Below, piece by piece: positions 7,162-16,717 of a stretch of DNA of 32,000 nt. The notes beneath the pieces are model-generated. The model was not told the DNA's origin. It did no database searches and saw only the letters and a program-made list of their open reading frames with translations. Each line of letters begins with the position of its first letter. Positions within the stretch are counted from its first letter, which is position 1. A program made the position numbers and the translations under genes. The DNA lies in assembly GCA_934613415.1 (NCBI GenBank), contig CAKTSY010000004.1, forward strand, positions 1 through 32,000, given 5' to 3'. Source of the DNA: an uncultured Opitutales bacterium (GTDB taxonomy: Bacteria > Verrucomicrobiota > Verrucomicrobiia > Opitutales > Intestinicryptomonadaceae).

Positions 7162-8151
7162 TTATTGTTCGAACTTAATGTAGGCGTCTTTCCTAAGCTT
7201 TTCAACCCACTTTTTATAGGCCTTTGTGGCATTTTGCCCAACCAACGCCCATTCTATTTGCTCTCTAACGCTGTCTAAATCTTGCACGCCTTCTTTGCGG
7301 TGATCGGCTTGTTTTAAGATAAATATTGTATCGCCAATTAAAACGGGGTCGCTAACCTGCCCTTTTTGCAAGGCAAAAGCTGCCGTATCTAATTGCGGAA
7401 CAAGTTCGCCCTTTTTATACCAGCCCCAATCGCCGCCTTTTTTTGCGGTATTTTTGTCTTTGCTGAATTTCTTTGCAAGGTCTTCAAAATTATTTTTTTC
7501 TTTTGCCTCTTTAACTATTGTTTTTGCAAGCTCGCCGTCTGAAGCCGAAAGTGTTATTTGCTTTAGGTTTACGCTTTCGGGCTCGAACCATTTAGATTTG
7601 TTTGCCTTGTAATATTCCAAAATTTTTGCGGGGCTTATTTCCGAAACAGAACGCCTTTGCTGGCTTTGCATATAGTCTACAATAATGTCTTCTTCCTGCT
7701 CTTGCCTAAACTGTTTTACGGTTTTGCCCTCGTTTTGTATATACTTTAAAAACTCGTTTCTATCGCCGTGAAATTCGCTTTTAATATATTCGTCGAAATG
7801 CGAATCAAGATAGCTTTTGGGGATTTGCATTCCCTTTTCCCTAAAGTTTTTAACAATCAAAATCTTGTTAACCAAATTGTTCAGAATTTCGTTTTTAAGG
7901 CTTTCGTAATTCTTTTCGTACTCGTATTGTGTGCGCGCCGAAGCCTTTAGGCGCGACAAAAACGGCGCCATTTCCTTCGCCAACTGTGCATTTGTAATAA
8001 CCTTGTCTTCTACAATGGCAACAATGCTGTCGTAGCCCATTTGTTTTGCCTGCGGCTTTTGCGAATATTGATTGAACGTGCCGTAGCTTTGTGCATAAAG
8101 TTGCGTGCAGGCAAAAAAAGCCGCCGCCATATATAAAAATTTACCTATCAT
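7162..8151 (-). CDS. Periplasmic peptidyl-prolyl isomerase, parvulin type (SurA/PpiD-like)
   Basis: Signal peptide. SurA-N-like helical region. Parvulin domain GGDWGWYKKGELVPQLDTAAFALQKGQVSDPVLIGDTIFILK. The start overlaps the mfd stop (ATGA). Confidence 0.8.
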   Translation of the reverse strand: MIGKFLYMAAAFFACTQLYAQSYGTFNQYSQKPQAKQMGYDSIVAIVEDKVITNAQLAKEMAPFLSRLKASARTQYEYEKNYESLKNEILNNLVNKILIVKNFREKGMQIPKSYLDSHFDEYIKSEFHGDRNEFLKYIQNEGKTVKQFRQEQEEDIIVDYMQSQQRRSVSEISPAKILEYYKANKSKWFEPESVNLKQITLSASDGELAKTIVKEAKEKNNFEDLAKKFSKDKNTAKKGGDWGWYKKGELVPQLDTAAFALQKGQVSDPVLIGDTIFILKQADHRKEGVQDLDSVREQIEWALVGQNATKAYKKWVEKLRKDAYIKFEQ

Positions 8152-11100
8152 TTTCTGACGCTCTTGACTGTGTATCTTAAATAATTTTCTATTTCTAAAA
8201 GTTTTTCGTCGGGATTTTGTTTTGTCAATCTCGGAATGGCACCTGCCACCCTAAAAAATACGTCTTTTGCAGTAAAAGCCTCTCTTAGCTTTAAAAGGTC
8301 GCCTTCGCTTGCAACGCACGAGAACGAATTTTGTTCCGCCAAAATTCTTATTTTAGCCAAAATAAAAAGCCTTTCGGTTTCGGGCGGAATTTTGCCGAAG
8401 CGGTCTTTAAAAGTTTTTTTAAGCTCTTTTAAATCGCTTTCGGTTTCTAGCAGCGCAATTTTTCTGTACATATCTATGCGTATTTGCGCCTGCGGAACAT
8501 AGTCTTTAGAAATCAATGCCATTGCCAACTTTAGCGGCTCTTTTTTTTCGGCAAAAAGTTGTGTTTCGCTCGTATGGGTTTTTGCGCGCGAAATGGCCAA
8601 GGCGGCTTCGTAGTCGCCCAACTTTATAAAGTCTAAATCTATCTTTGCCCTTATTGCAAAGGCAACCTTTTCGCCCTTTAGGCGGGCAACGCTTTGCCTT
8701 AAAAGCGAGCAATATAAATCGAAGCCAACCCCCGCAATATGTCCGCTTTGGCGTGCGCCCAATATGTTGCCGCAACCCCTAAGCTGCAAGTCGCGGGCGG
8801 CAATTCTAAAGCCTGCCCCAGGCTTATTATATTGCCTTATAGCCGAAAGTCTTTCCTTTGCCTTTTGCACAATAATATCTTTGTCGCGCAAAAAAAGATA
8901 GGCGTAGGCTTGCCTATTAAAACGCCCAACCCGACCCCTTAGCTGGTAAAGTTGTGCTAGACCAAACCTGTCGGCCGAATCTATAATTATTGTATTGCAA
9001 TTCGGAATATCTATGCCCGATTCTATAATTGTAGTGCAAACCAAAACGTCGTATTTGCCGTCTATAAATTCGCACATAAGTTTTTCGAGTTTGTGCTCAC
9101 CCATTTGCCCGTGGCCTACCGCAACCCTTAAAGACGGGAACATTTCCCTAATTTGCTGCGCTTTTTGCTCGATTGTTTTTACTTCGTTGTGAAGGTAAAA
9201 AACCTGTCCGCCGCGCAAAATTTCTCTGCTAATTGCCTCTTTTACCGCCAAAGGTGAATACTCTCTTACAAAAGTTTCTACAGGCAACCTGTCGCGCGGG
9301 GGAGTTTCCATAACGCTCATTTGTTTTGCGCCCATCATTGCAAAATATAGCGTTCTGGGAATCGGCGTAGCACTCATTGTAAGAATGTCTATATTAGACG
9401 CCAGCTTTTTGATTTTTTCCTTATTTTTTACGCCAAAGCGGTGCTCTTCGTCTATAACCAACAACCCCAAATTTGCAAAGTTTACATCGTCGCTTAACAA
9501 TGCGTGCGTGCCTATAATAACGTCTATTGCCCCCGAAGCCAGCTGCGCTTTAATTGTGTCGGATTGCGCCTTTGTTTTAAAGCGCGAAAGGCTTTCTACA
9601 ACAATGGGATACGGCGCAAATCTGTCTTTAAAATTCATAAAGTGCTGTTGGCACAAAATGGTTGTAGGGCACAAAATTGCCGCCTGCCTGCCACTGCTTG
9701 CAGCCTTAAAGACAGCCCTCATTGCAACCTCGGTTTTGCCGAAACCCACATCGGCGCAAATGAGGCGTTCCATCGGGTTTTCCGACTGCATATCCTTTTT
9801 AACGTCTTCTATGGCGTGCAGTTGGTCGGGCGTTTCCGCAAAGGGGAAAGAATCGTCGAAGCTTTTTTGCCAATCGTCGTCTTCGGGAAAGGCAATGCCT
9901 TTGGTGCTTTCGCGCTTTGCCTGCACGTTTAGCAATTCTGCGGCATAGTCTAGCGACGCTTTTTCGGCAGAGCTGCGAACTTTCAGCCACGACTTTGCGT
10001 CTAGCTTAGAAAGCTTTGGCGATTTCTTGTCGAGATTCAAATAGCGCGTAAGCAAATATGCATTGTGCAATGGAACATATAAAAAGGCGTTTTCGTCGAA
10101 CTCCAGCTTAATGGTTTCCTGCACACCGGCGGGCGAGTTTACCGAGCAAAGCCCCCTATATTTGCATACGCCGTGGCCAACATGCACAAGAATGTCGCCC
10201 TCGGCAAGTTCCGAAAAATCGAGAGCTGTGTCTATCTGCGTTTTTACGGGCTTTGTCTGTTTGTTTGCGCCAGCAAACACCTTGTTTTTGCGGCCGAAAA
10301 ATTCCGACTGGCTAACAAAAACCGCTCCTTTGTTTGACTTTGCATTAAGCTTAAAGTGCGATTTTTCGAAATCCAAAATAAAGCCTTCGCCGAAAAATGG
10401 CTCGGTAAAAATAGGGTTTAGTTTTAGCGAAAGGTTTTTTATCTGGTTTTTTACAAGTTTTTTTTCGGAGTCGTTGGCGGCTTCCACAAAAATGTCGTAG
10501 CCGTTTTTTTGAAAGTCTACAAGTTTTTGCAGGAAATCTGCCCTTGCCTGCGACTCCGACCTTACTCTTTCAACCCCTATCAGGTTGCCGAAGTTTACGT
10601 TAAGATAAATCGAAACGGGTTCGCCCGAAATTTTTACGGCGCAGCTTTCGTCGAAGAGCTCGCTTGCCGTATCCAGCGAAGTTATTGCAAAAAACTCGAA
10701 GTTGCCCAGGTCGCTTTTCGAAAAGCCGTTATTTGCCGAACCGTTGTCGTTGTACAAAAAAACTTCGGGGCATCTGCGATACATATACGAGATGTCTACA
10801 AAGCCTATAAGCGAGTCTTTTTTAAGCAAATTTGCAAGCGTTTGGGCGCGCTCTGTTTCGTAGGAGGCACTGTCTATCCTTATGGAATCTACCGCGCCTT
10901 TTGTCATTTGCGTTGCGCTGTCGAAACTTTTTATGCCGTCTATTACATTCCCGAAAAAGTCCAGCCTGTATGGGCAAAGCGCTGAAACTGGATATACGTC
11001 TAAAACCGAGCCTCGCAACGCATATTGCCCCGGGCTTTCGCACAAAACCTCGTTGTAGTAGCCGTATTTATTGCCCAAAGTGTCGGCCAAGTCCGACATC

Positions 11101-11504
11101 GAAATTTTTTGCCCCTTTTCTATGACTATGTGCGAATTGTCGTCGGGCATTGCAAACTTTTCGAACAGGGCGTCTATTGAGGTTAAAATTACAAGCTTTT
11201 CTCCCTTAATTGGCGACGAAAGCGCGCCCAAAACAGCAGCTCTGGCACAATAGCTTTCGAATGGGTTTAGGCTTGAATTTGCCGACGGAAACAAACGCAA
11301 AACATAAGAGACATCGCCGTCTTGGTTTTGCGATTTTAAAAAGCTTTCAAGCTTATAAAACGCGCTTTCGCACTGCGAGTACGACTCGTAAAGCAAAACG
11401 CAAACATCGCGCTTTTGCCCGCAAATAACGTTTGCTGCCACGGGCGAAGTTATTGCCGCGGGCACTTGCGTAAATAATTTGCCGTTAAATTTACACTTAA
11501 GCAT
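8148..11504 (-). CDS. mfd: Transcription-repair coupling factor Mfd
   Basis: 1118 aa. Helicase motifs GFGKTEVAMRA, DEEHRFGV and RGRVGR. CarD-like/RID region (GDILVHVGHGVCKY). Typical length and domain order. Confidence 0.95.
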   Translation of the reverse strand: MLKCKFNGKLFTQVPAAITSPVAANVICGQKRDVCVLLYESYSQCESAFYKLESFLKSQNQDGDVSYVLRLFPSANSSLNPFESYCARAAVLGALSSPIKGEKLVILTSIDALFEKFAMPDDNSHIVIEKGQKISMSDLADTLGNKYGYYNEVLCESPGQYALRGSVLDVYPVSALCPYRLDFFGNVIDGIKSFDSATQMTKGAVDSIRIDSASYETERAQTLANLLKKDSLIGFVDISYMYRRCPEVFLYNDNGSANNGFSKSDLGNFEFFAITSLDTASELFDESCAVKISGEPVSIYLNVNFGNLIGVERVRSESQARADFLQKLVDFQKNGYDIFVEAANDSEKKLVKNQIKNLSLKLNPIFTEPFFGEGFILDFEKSHFKLNAKSNKGAVFVSQSEFFGRKNKVFAGANKQTKPVKTQIDTALDFSELAEGDILVHVGHGVCKYRGLCSVNSPAGVQETIKLEFDENAFLYVPLHNAYLLTRYLNLDKKSPKLSKLDAKSWLKVRSSAEKASLDYAAELLNVQAKRESTKGIAFPEDDDWQKSFDDSFPFAETPDQLHAIEDVKKDMQSENPMERLICADVGFGKTEVAMRAVFKAASSGRQAAILCPTTILCQQHFMNFKDRFAPYPIVVESLSRFKTKAQSDTIKAQLASGAIDVIIGTHALLSDDVNFANLGLLVIDEEHRFGVKNKEKIKKLASNIDILTMSATPIPRTLYFAMMGAKQMSVMETPPRDRLPVETFVREYSPLAVKEAISREILRGGQVFYLHNEVKTIEQKAQQIREMFPSLRVAVGHGQMGEHKLEKLMCEFIDGKYDVLVCTTIIESGIDIPNCNTIIIDSADRFGLAQLYQLRGRVGRFNRQAYAYLFLRDKDIIVQKAKERLSAIRQYNKPGAGFRIAARDLQLRGCGNILGARQSGHIAGVGFDLYCSLLRQSVARLKGEKVAFAIRAKIDLDFIKLGDYEAALAISRAKTHTSETQLFAEKKEPLKLAMALISKDYVPQAQIRIDMYRKIALLETESDLKELKKTFKDRFGKIPPETERLFILAKIRILAEQNSFSCVASEGDLLKLREAFTAKDVFFRVAGAIPRLTKQNPDEKLLEIENYLRYTVKSVRK

Positions 11505-12204
11505 TTAAAATTCTTAAAAGTTTTTCGGCGGCATTTGCCTGCGCTTCTTTTTTGCTTTTTTCGGGAGTGCCCGTTTGGCTTTTGCCCAGTGCCGAAACTT
11601 TGCAGACAAACTCCCTGCTATTCGACGCGCCAGTTTCCGACACAATTTCGTAGACGGGCGAACTTTGCCCCTGCTTTGCGCATAGTTCCTGCAAAGCTCC
11701 CTTTGGGTTTTGCAAAAATTGCGCTTCGAACAAGCTTATGTTTTGCCCACTATACCACGCCAAAACGGTTTTCTTTGCAGTCTCGAAATTTGAATCTAAA
11801 AATATTGCGCCAATAACGGCTTCGAAAGCGTCTTCCAGCGGCGACCTAAGTTTTAAAAGTCTTTCGGCGTCTACAACGTCTCTAAATTTTATTACGTTTA
11901 CAAAGCCCATTTTTAAAGCCATACCCGCCGTGTGCGTGCCGCGCGCATACGCTGCGCGCAAGGCGGTTAAAACGCCCTCGTTTTCGTTCGGGTATTCAAT
12001 ATAAAGCCTCTCCGAAAGAATTGCCGACAATATTGCATCTCCCAAAAACTCAAGCCTTTGGTTTGAAATGCCAATATCAGCCGAGGGGTGCACTAGCGCA
12101 AGCTTAAGCAAATTGACATCTTTAAAAGTATAGCCTATTTGCTTTTCGAAATTGTGCAGCGCGCCCTCGTCGAAGCCAAATATATCTTTAAGATTTTCTG
12201 GCAC
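11497..12204 (-). CDS. rnc: Ribonuclease III
   Basis: Signature NQRLEFLGDAIL and EDAFEAVIGAIFLD, with a C-terminal dsRBD. GTG start immediately after the parA stop. 8-nt overlap with the mfd start. Confidence 0.95.
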   Translation of the reverse strand: MPENLKDIFGFDEGALHNFEKQIGYTFKDVNLLKLALVHPSADIGISNQRLEFLGDAILSAILSERLYIEYPNENEGVLTALRAAYARGTHTAGMALKMGFVNVIKFRDVVDAERLLKLRSPLEDAFEAVIGAIFLDSNFETAKKTVLAWYSGQNISLFEAQFLQNPKGALQELCAKQGQSSPVYEIVSETGASNSREFVCKVSALGKSQTGTPEKSKKEAQANAAEKLLRILNA

Positions 12205-12987
12205 TTATTTTGTCTTTAGCGAAAACTTTTTAATGCACTCTTTTGCAAGCTTATCGTAGGCAAACGCCCCTTCGTTAAAACGCGCATATTCGAATATTGT
12301 TTTGCCAAAACTTGGGGCTTCGGCAAGCCTTACCGTACGCGGGATAACCGTTTTAAATACGTTGTCGGGCAAAAAGTTGCGAACTTCGTTTGCAACCTGT
12401 TTAGAAAGGTTTGTGCGCGAATCGTACATAGTTAAAATAACGCCGCCAAGCTCTACATTTGCAACCGAAGCCGTTCTTAGCTGTTCAACAACGCTAAGTA
12501 TTTGCCCTAAACCTTCCATTGCCATATATTCGCACTGCAGCGCAATCAACAGATAATCTGAAGCCGCAAGCGAGTTCATCGACAATAACCCCAAAGACGG
12601 GGGCGCGTCTATAACAATCGCATCGTATTCGTCCGATTCTTTTAAAGGCTCTATTGCGTTTGCAAGCCTTACCAAATAGTTTTCCTTTGCCGAAAGCTCT
12701 ACTTCTATTGCCGAAATATCAACTTCCGACGGAATTAGATGCAAATTTTCCCTACCTGTTTCAATAACCTTGCTTTTTGCGGTATTTTCGCCCAACAAAA
12801 CATCGTATAGGCTTGCCCCGGGCTTCTTTTCAAAGCCAAGTGCGCTTGTTGCACTTGCCTGTTGGTCCATATCAATCAACAGGGTGCGAACTTTCCTACG
12901 CGCGAGAGCCGCCGACAAATTTACCGCCGTTGTTGTTTTACCAACGCCGCCTTTTTGGTTTGCTACTGTAAAAACTTTTGCTGACAT
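12205..12987 (-). CDS. parA: ParA/Soj-type partition ATPase (no parB adjacent)
   Basis: Deviant Walker [19 protein letters not shown], ParA-like throughout. The ATG at 12987 (MSAKVFTV...) is preferred because the longer ORF would overlap dus. Confidence 0.9.
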   Translation of the reverse strand: MSAKVFTVANQKGGVGKTTTAVNLSAALARRKVRTLLIDMDQQASATSALGFEKKPGASLYDVLLGENTAKSKVIETGRENLHLIPSEVDISAIEVELSAKENYLVRLANAIEPLKESDEYDAIVIDAPPSLGLLSMNSLAASDYLLIALQCEYMAMEGLGQILSVVEQLRTASVANVELGGVILTMYDSRTNLSKQVANEVRNFLPDNVFKTVIPRTVRLAEAPSFGKTIFEYARFNEGAFAYDKLAKECIKKFSLKTK

Positions 12988-12994
12988 AAAAATT

Positions 12995-14026
12995 CTATGA
13001 TTCGTGATTAGGGCGCGAGCATAAACCCGGATACGGTTCAAAAGCAAACAGTTTTTCCGAATTTTCTCCGCCTAGATGTTTTTCGCATACTTTCATAAGT
13101 TCGTCGGTCGAGCAAGCTTTTCTCATTTCGTTTAAAAAATTGCCGTCTTTGTCGACACCTACAGCAACAAAATTCAAAAACTTTTTCATTCTACCCGACA
13201 ACTTGCATTCTCGGCAGGTCTTTAAATTGTCGTTTAAAAGCCCGTATACATATCTTAAAACATCGCCCAAAGTGGGTTTATAGATTTCCCTGCCGCACAA
13301 GGCCTCCGAAATTTGGCGGAATATCCACGGGTTTCTTACGCTTGAACGCCCAACCATAACGCCGCGGGCGTTCGTGTAGCTTAAAACCTCTATAGCCTTT
13401 TGCGCGCTGGTTATGTCGCCGTTGGCTATTACGGGAATTTTAAGAAATTCTACCGCCTTTTTCGTGTACGAATGGTCGGCAACGCCCCTGTAAAGCTGCT
13501 TTACAGTTCTGGCGTGTATTGTGATAAAATCCACCCCCTCGCCTTCGGCTACGCGCAAAATCTCGTAAAAATTTTTGTCGTTTTCAAAGCCTATTCGCAT
13601 TTTAAGGCTTAAGGTTTTGCTCCAATTTTTGCGCATACACCTTAAAATTTCGGCAATTTCCCTCGGCTCTTTTAAAAGCGAGCCGCCGACATTTTTTTTG
13701 TAGACTTTCGGAGCCGGGCACCCCGCGTTTAAATCCAAACAGTCTATTTGCGGATATTTGGCATAGTCGTTTACAATGCGCTCTATATCGGGAATGCTGC
13801 AGCCTATAATTTGGGCCGCAACGTCTTTGCCTGCGGGCTTACTTAAAACGGCGTTTAAAATTTTCGGGTCTAATTTTGAAGTTGGTGTAACCCTTAAAAA
13901 CTCCGAAACAAAAAAGTCGGGCGCGCCACATTCGGCTATGCGCGCAAAAAAACCGGCGTCGGTAATATCCTGCATGGGAGCCAACGCCGTAAGAAAGCCA
14001 TTTTTATCGAAAAAATCGGCTAGCAT
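12995..14026 (-). CDS. dus: tRNA-dihydrouridine synthase
   Basis: TIM-barrel Dus motifs [19 protein letters not shown] (catalytic Cys) and ITIHARTV. Confidence 0.9.
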   Translation of the reverse strand: MLADFFDKNGFLTALAPMQDITDAGFFARIAECGAPDFFVSEFLRVTPTSKLDPKILNAVLSKPAGKDVAAQIIGCSIPDIERIVNDYAKYPQIDCLDLNAGCPAPKVYKKNVGGSLLKEPREIAEILRCMRKNWSKTLSLKMRIGFENDKNFYEILRVAEGEGVDFITIHARTVKQLYRGVADHSYTKKAVEFLKIPVIANGDITSAQKAIEVLSYTNARGVMVGRSSVRNPWIFRQISEALCGREIYKPTLGDVLRYVYGLLNDNLKTCRECKLSGRMKKFLNFVAVGVDKDGNFLNEMRKACSTDELMKVCEKHLGGENSEKLFAFEPYPGLCSRPNHES

Positions 14027-14027
14027 T

Positions 14028-14462
14028 CTAACCTTTTAGCTGGGCGAGAATTTCGGAAGTGTCGTTTACTTTTTCCAACACGTTTTTTGAAACGTATATG
14101 GGAACGTTTGCGCGAAGTGCCAGGCTTATCGAATCGCTTGGCCGCGAGTCTACTTCTATGATTTTTGTGCCAAGCTCGTTTGCAACATTTGCCCTTATTG
14201 TAGAATAAAATGTGCCCTCGTTTGTGTCGCCAATTAAAACATATTCTATGGAGCAATCCATAGAATCTAGCAACGACAACATAAGCTCGTGCGAAAGGGG
14301 TCTTACGCCCTTTTCTCCTCCCATAGCCTTTTCGATGTTCGAGCCGCCTGTCCTGTCCATATAAATCACAAAGGTTTTACTTGGACACGACATAAAAACC
14401 GCGTAGCCGAACGGCGACGGGCATACGAATGCAACCTGTGCCTTTTCGGTATCTTTAATCAT
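14028..14462 (-). CDS. Bifunctional nuclease family protein (DUF151/BFN domain)
   Basis: 144 aa with family blocks RPLSHELMLSLL and VDSRPSDSISLALRANVPIYV. Confidence 0.8.
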   Translation of the reverse strand: MIKDTEKAQVAFVCPSPFGYAVFMSCPSKTFVIYMDRTGGSNIEKAMGGEKGVRPLSHELMLSLLDSMDCSIEYVLIGDTNEGTFYSTIRANVANELGTKIIEVDSRPSDSISLALRANVPIYVSKNVLEKVNDTSEILAQLKG

Positions 14463-15898
14463 CTATTTCTCTTTCGACATTTTTTTTGTTCGTTTAAGTC
14501 GGGTTCGTAATTATATTCAAAACCCTCCAGCCTGCGCCTTGGAATTGGCGCGTTTATAAAGCGCTCTATTCTGCGCAAAAAGTCTATTTCGTCGGACGAA
14601 AACAATGTTATTGCCCTGCCCAAGTGGTGGGCGCGCCCCGTTCTGCCTATGCGGTGAACGTAGTCTTCGGAGTGTTCGGGCACGTTGTAGTTTATTACAA
14701 CCGAAACCGAGCTTATATCTAGTCCTCTCGATGCTATGTCGGTTGCAACCAAAATGTTTGTTTTGCCGTCTTTAAATTCCGCCAAAGCCAAATCTCTTTC
14801 GCGCTGCGATTTGTCGGAATGCAAAACCGAAACTTTGTAGCCTAAGGCCGCCACCCTTTCGCCTATTCTGTCGGCGTCTATTCGGGTTCTGGTAAACACA
14901 ATAATTCTGTCGGTTGACATAGTCTCCAAAATCTTTAAAAGCATATCGTACTTTTGCATTCTGTCGACGGGATATATAAAGTGTTCTACCGTTTCGGCAG
15001 GGGTATGCACAATGCCTATGTCTATCCTTACGGGGTCTTTTAAAGCCCAAGACGAAAGCTTTTGAACGGCTTCGGGCATTGTAGCCGAGAAAAACAACGT
15101 TTGCCTTTGTTCGGGGCAAGACCTTATTATATAGGTTACGTCTTCTATAAAGCCCATATCGAACATGCGGTCTACCTCGTCTAAAACAAGGTATTTTATT
15201 GTTTTAAGGCAAACAAGCCTTTGGCGCATAAGGTCTATTATTCTGCCTGGGGTGGCAACAATAATGTCGGCGCCTTTGCCAAGTTCGTCTACCTGCTTTT
15301 GCATAGATACGCCGCCTTGAATAAGCACGCAACGCAAATTTGTGTATTTAGAATACGAAACTACAGCATCGTGTATCTGCGAGGCAAGTTCGCGCGTAGG
15401 AGCAAGCATTAAAGCCGAAACCGTTTTGCCGTGCTCTTTAATTTGCTGCAAAACCGGCAATGCAAACGCCGCCGTTTTACCGGTTCCCGTTTGAGCCGTG
15501 CCTATAATGTCGCGCCCCTCCAATGCCGAAGGAATTGCCGAAACCTGAATTTCGGTAGGCTCGCTATACTGCATATCGTTTATTGCAGCCAAAAGAAAGT
15601 CGGCAACCCCCAAGTTGGCAAACTTTTTTGTGTTTTCCGCAAAAGTTTCATTTGCGGGCATTGCTGCAGCCTGTGGGGTTTCAGGGGTTGTTTTGCATAC
15701 AATTTTCTTTTCGCCAGAATTGCGCGAATTGCGTTGCGCGGTTTTGCCTTCAAAGCGTTTGCCGTTGCGCGAATTGCCGCGCTGTGCGTTCATCGGCTTT
15801 TTTTGCCTTCCTTTAAAATTGCCGCGTTTTTTTTCGGGCAAAGTTTTCTTTTTGCCCAACCCCAACAACTTTTGGGTAATCTTCTTAAATAAATTCAT
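14459..15898 (-). CDS. DEAD-box ATP-dependent RNA helicase (motif II variant DEVD) with basic N-terminal extension
   Basis: Q motif PTEIQ, AQTGTGKT, PTRELA, TPGR, VLDEVDRMFDMGF, SAT, ATDIASRGLD, HRIGRTGRA. About 100 aa of Lys/Arg/Asn-rich N-terminal extension. ATG at 15898 preferred. Confidence 0.9.
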   Translation of the reverse strand: MNLFKKITQKLLGLGKKKTLPEKKRGNFKGRQKKPMNAQRGNSRNGKRFEGKTAQRNSRNSGEKKIVCKTTPETPQAAAMPANETFAENTKKFANLGVADFLLAAINDMQYSEPTEIQVSAIPSALEGRDIIGTAQTGTGKTAAFALPVLQQIKEHGKTVSALMLAPTRELASQIHDAVVSYSKYTNLRCVLIQGGVSMQKQVDELGKGADIIVATPGRIIDLMRQRLVCLKTIKYLVLDEVDRMFDMGFIEDVTYIIRSCPEQRQTLFFSATMPEAVQKLSSWALKDPVRIDIGIVHTPAETVEHFIYPVDRMQKYDMLLKILETMSTDRIIVFTRTRIDADRIGERVAALGYKVSVLHSDKSQRERDLALAEFKDGKTNILVATDIASRGLDISSVSVVINYNVPEHSEDYVHRIGRTGRAHHLGRAITLFSSDEIDFLRRIERFINAPIPRRRLEGFEYNYEPDLNEQKKCRKRNR

Positions 15899-15985
15899 TC
15901 CCCAAATATAAAATCCATTTAATATTGGCATTCAAGAATAATTTTATTGTTGAAAAAACGACAAAGGTGTCGGATTATCTCAAAA

Positions 15986-16564
15986 ATGAACGGCCAAACC
16001 GACAGACGAACCAATTTATACCTTCTCGGATTTATGGGAACGGGCAAGAGTATGATAGGCAGAGCCTTGGCCGACAAACTAAAAATGCGCTTTATAGATT
16101 CCGACGCCGAAATAGAAGCGAAAACGGGAATGTCTATAAAAGACATATTCGAAAAGTTCGGCGAAGAGCATTTTAGAAAGCTTGAAAGGGAGTTTATTGA
16201 AAACGGCCACCCGCCGTTCGGGTGCGTAGTTTCGTGTGGCGGCGGTATGCCCTGCCGCGACAATATGCCCGAGCTTATAAAGTCTAAGGGAATTTCCGTT
16301 TGCTTGTTTGCGCCTGTAGACGTAATATACGAAAGGGTTACAAAGTCTACAAAACGCCCGCTTATGAATGTGCAAAACCCGCGCGAGCGCATAGAAAGCC
16401 TTTTAAAGGAAAGATACCCCTTCTACATACGAAGCGGCATATGCGTGTCTTTGGGCAACCAAAGCGCAAAGCAGTGCATAGAGCTTGTTTTAAGGGTATA
16501 TAAAAATGCCGTAAAAATGCGCAAAACAAAAAAGCGCAGGCTGTTTTTTAAGCAAAAACGCTAA
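15986..16564 (+). CDS. aroK: Shikimate kinase
   Basis: LLGFMGTGKSMIGRALA P-loop, followed by FIDSDAEIE and FRKLE blocks. ATG at 15986 preferred over the upstream start. Confidence 0.85.
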   Translation: MNGQTDRRTNLYLLGFMGTGKSMIGRALADKLKMRFIDSDAEIEAKTGMSIKDIFEKFGEEHFRKLEREFIENGHPPFGCVVSCGGGMPCRDNMPELIKSKGISVCLFAPVDVIYERVTKSTKRPLMNVQNPRERIESLLKERYPFYIRSGICVSLGNQSAKQCIELVLRVYKNAVKMRKTKKRRLFFKQKR

Positions 16565-16717
16565 ATAAAACTGCGTTTTGTACCGCATATGCCATTTTTT
16601 GCTTGAGCGAAAGCCGCAAACAATTTTGACTGTCTCTAGCGATTTGAACCTTTGGCAACATTCGTTTCTTTCGCAAAAATTTTGAACAGTAAATATAAAG
16701 GATATAATAAAACAGAT

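Noticed and set aside
9385-9948. 187-aa plus-strand ORF (and the overlapping 142-aa ORF) inside mfd
   Set aside because: It is antisense to a confidently identified gene, has a low-complexity Ser/Ala/Cys-rich translation, and has no recognisable motifs. This is the typical shadow ORF of a codon-biased gene.
16630-16670. TPP-riboswitch-like fragment (tttgaacct) in the permease leader
   Set aside because: The CTGAGA element and the pairing partners of the TPP aptamer are absent, so this is an isolated short match.
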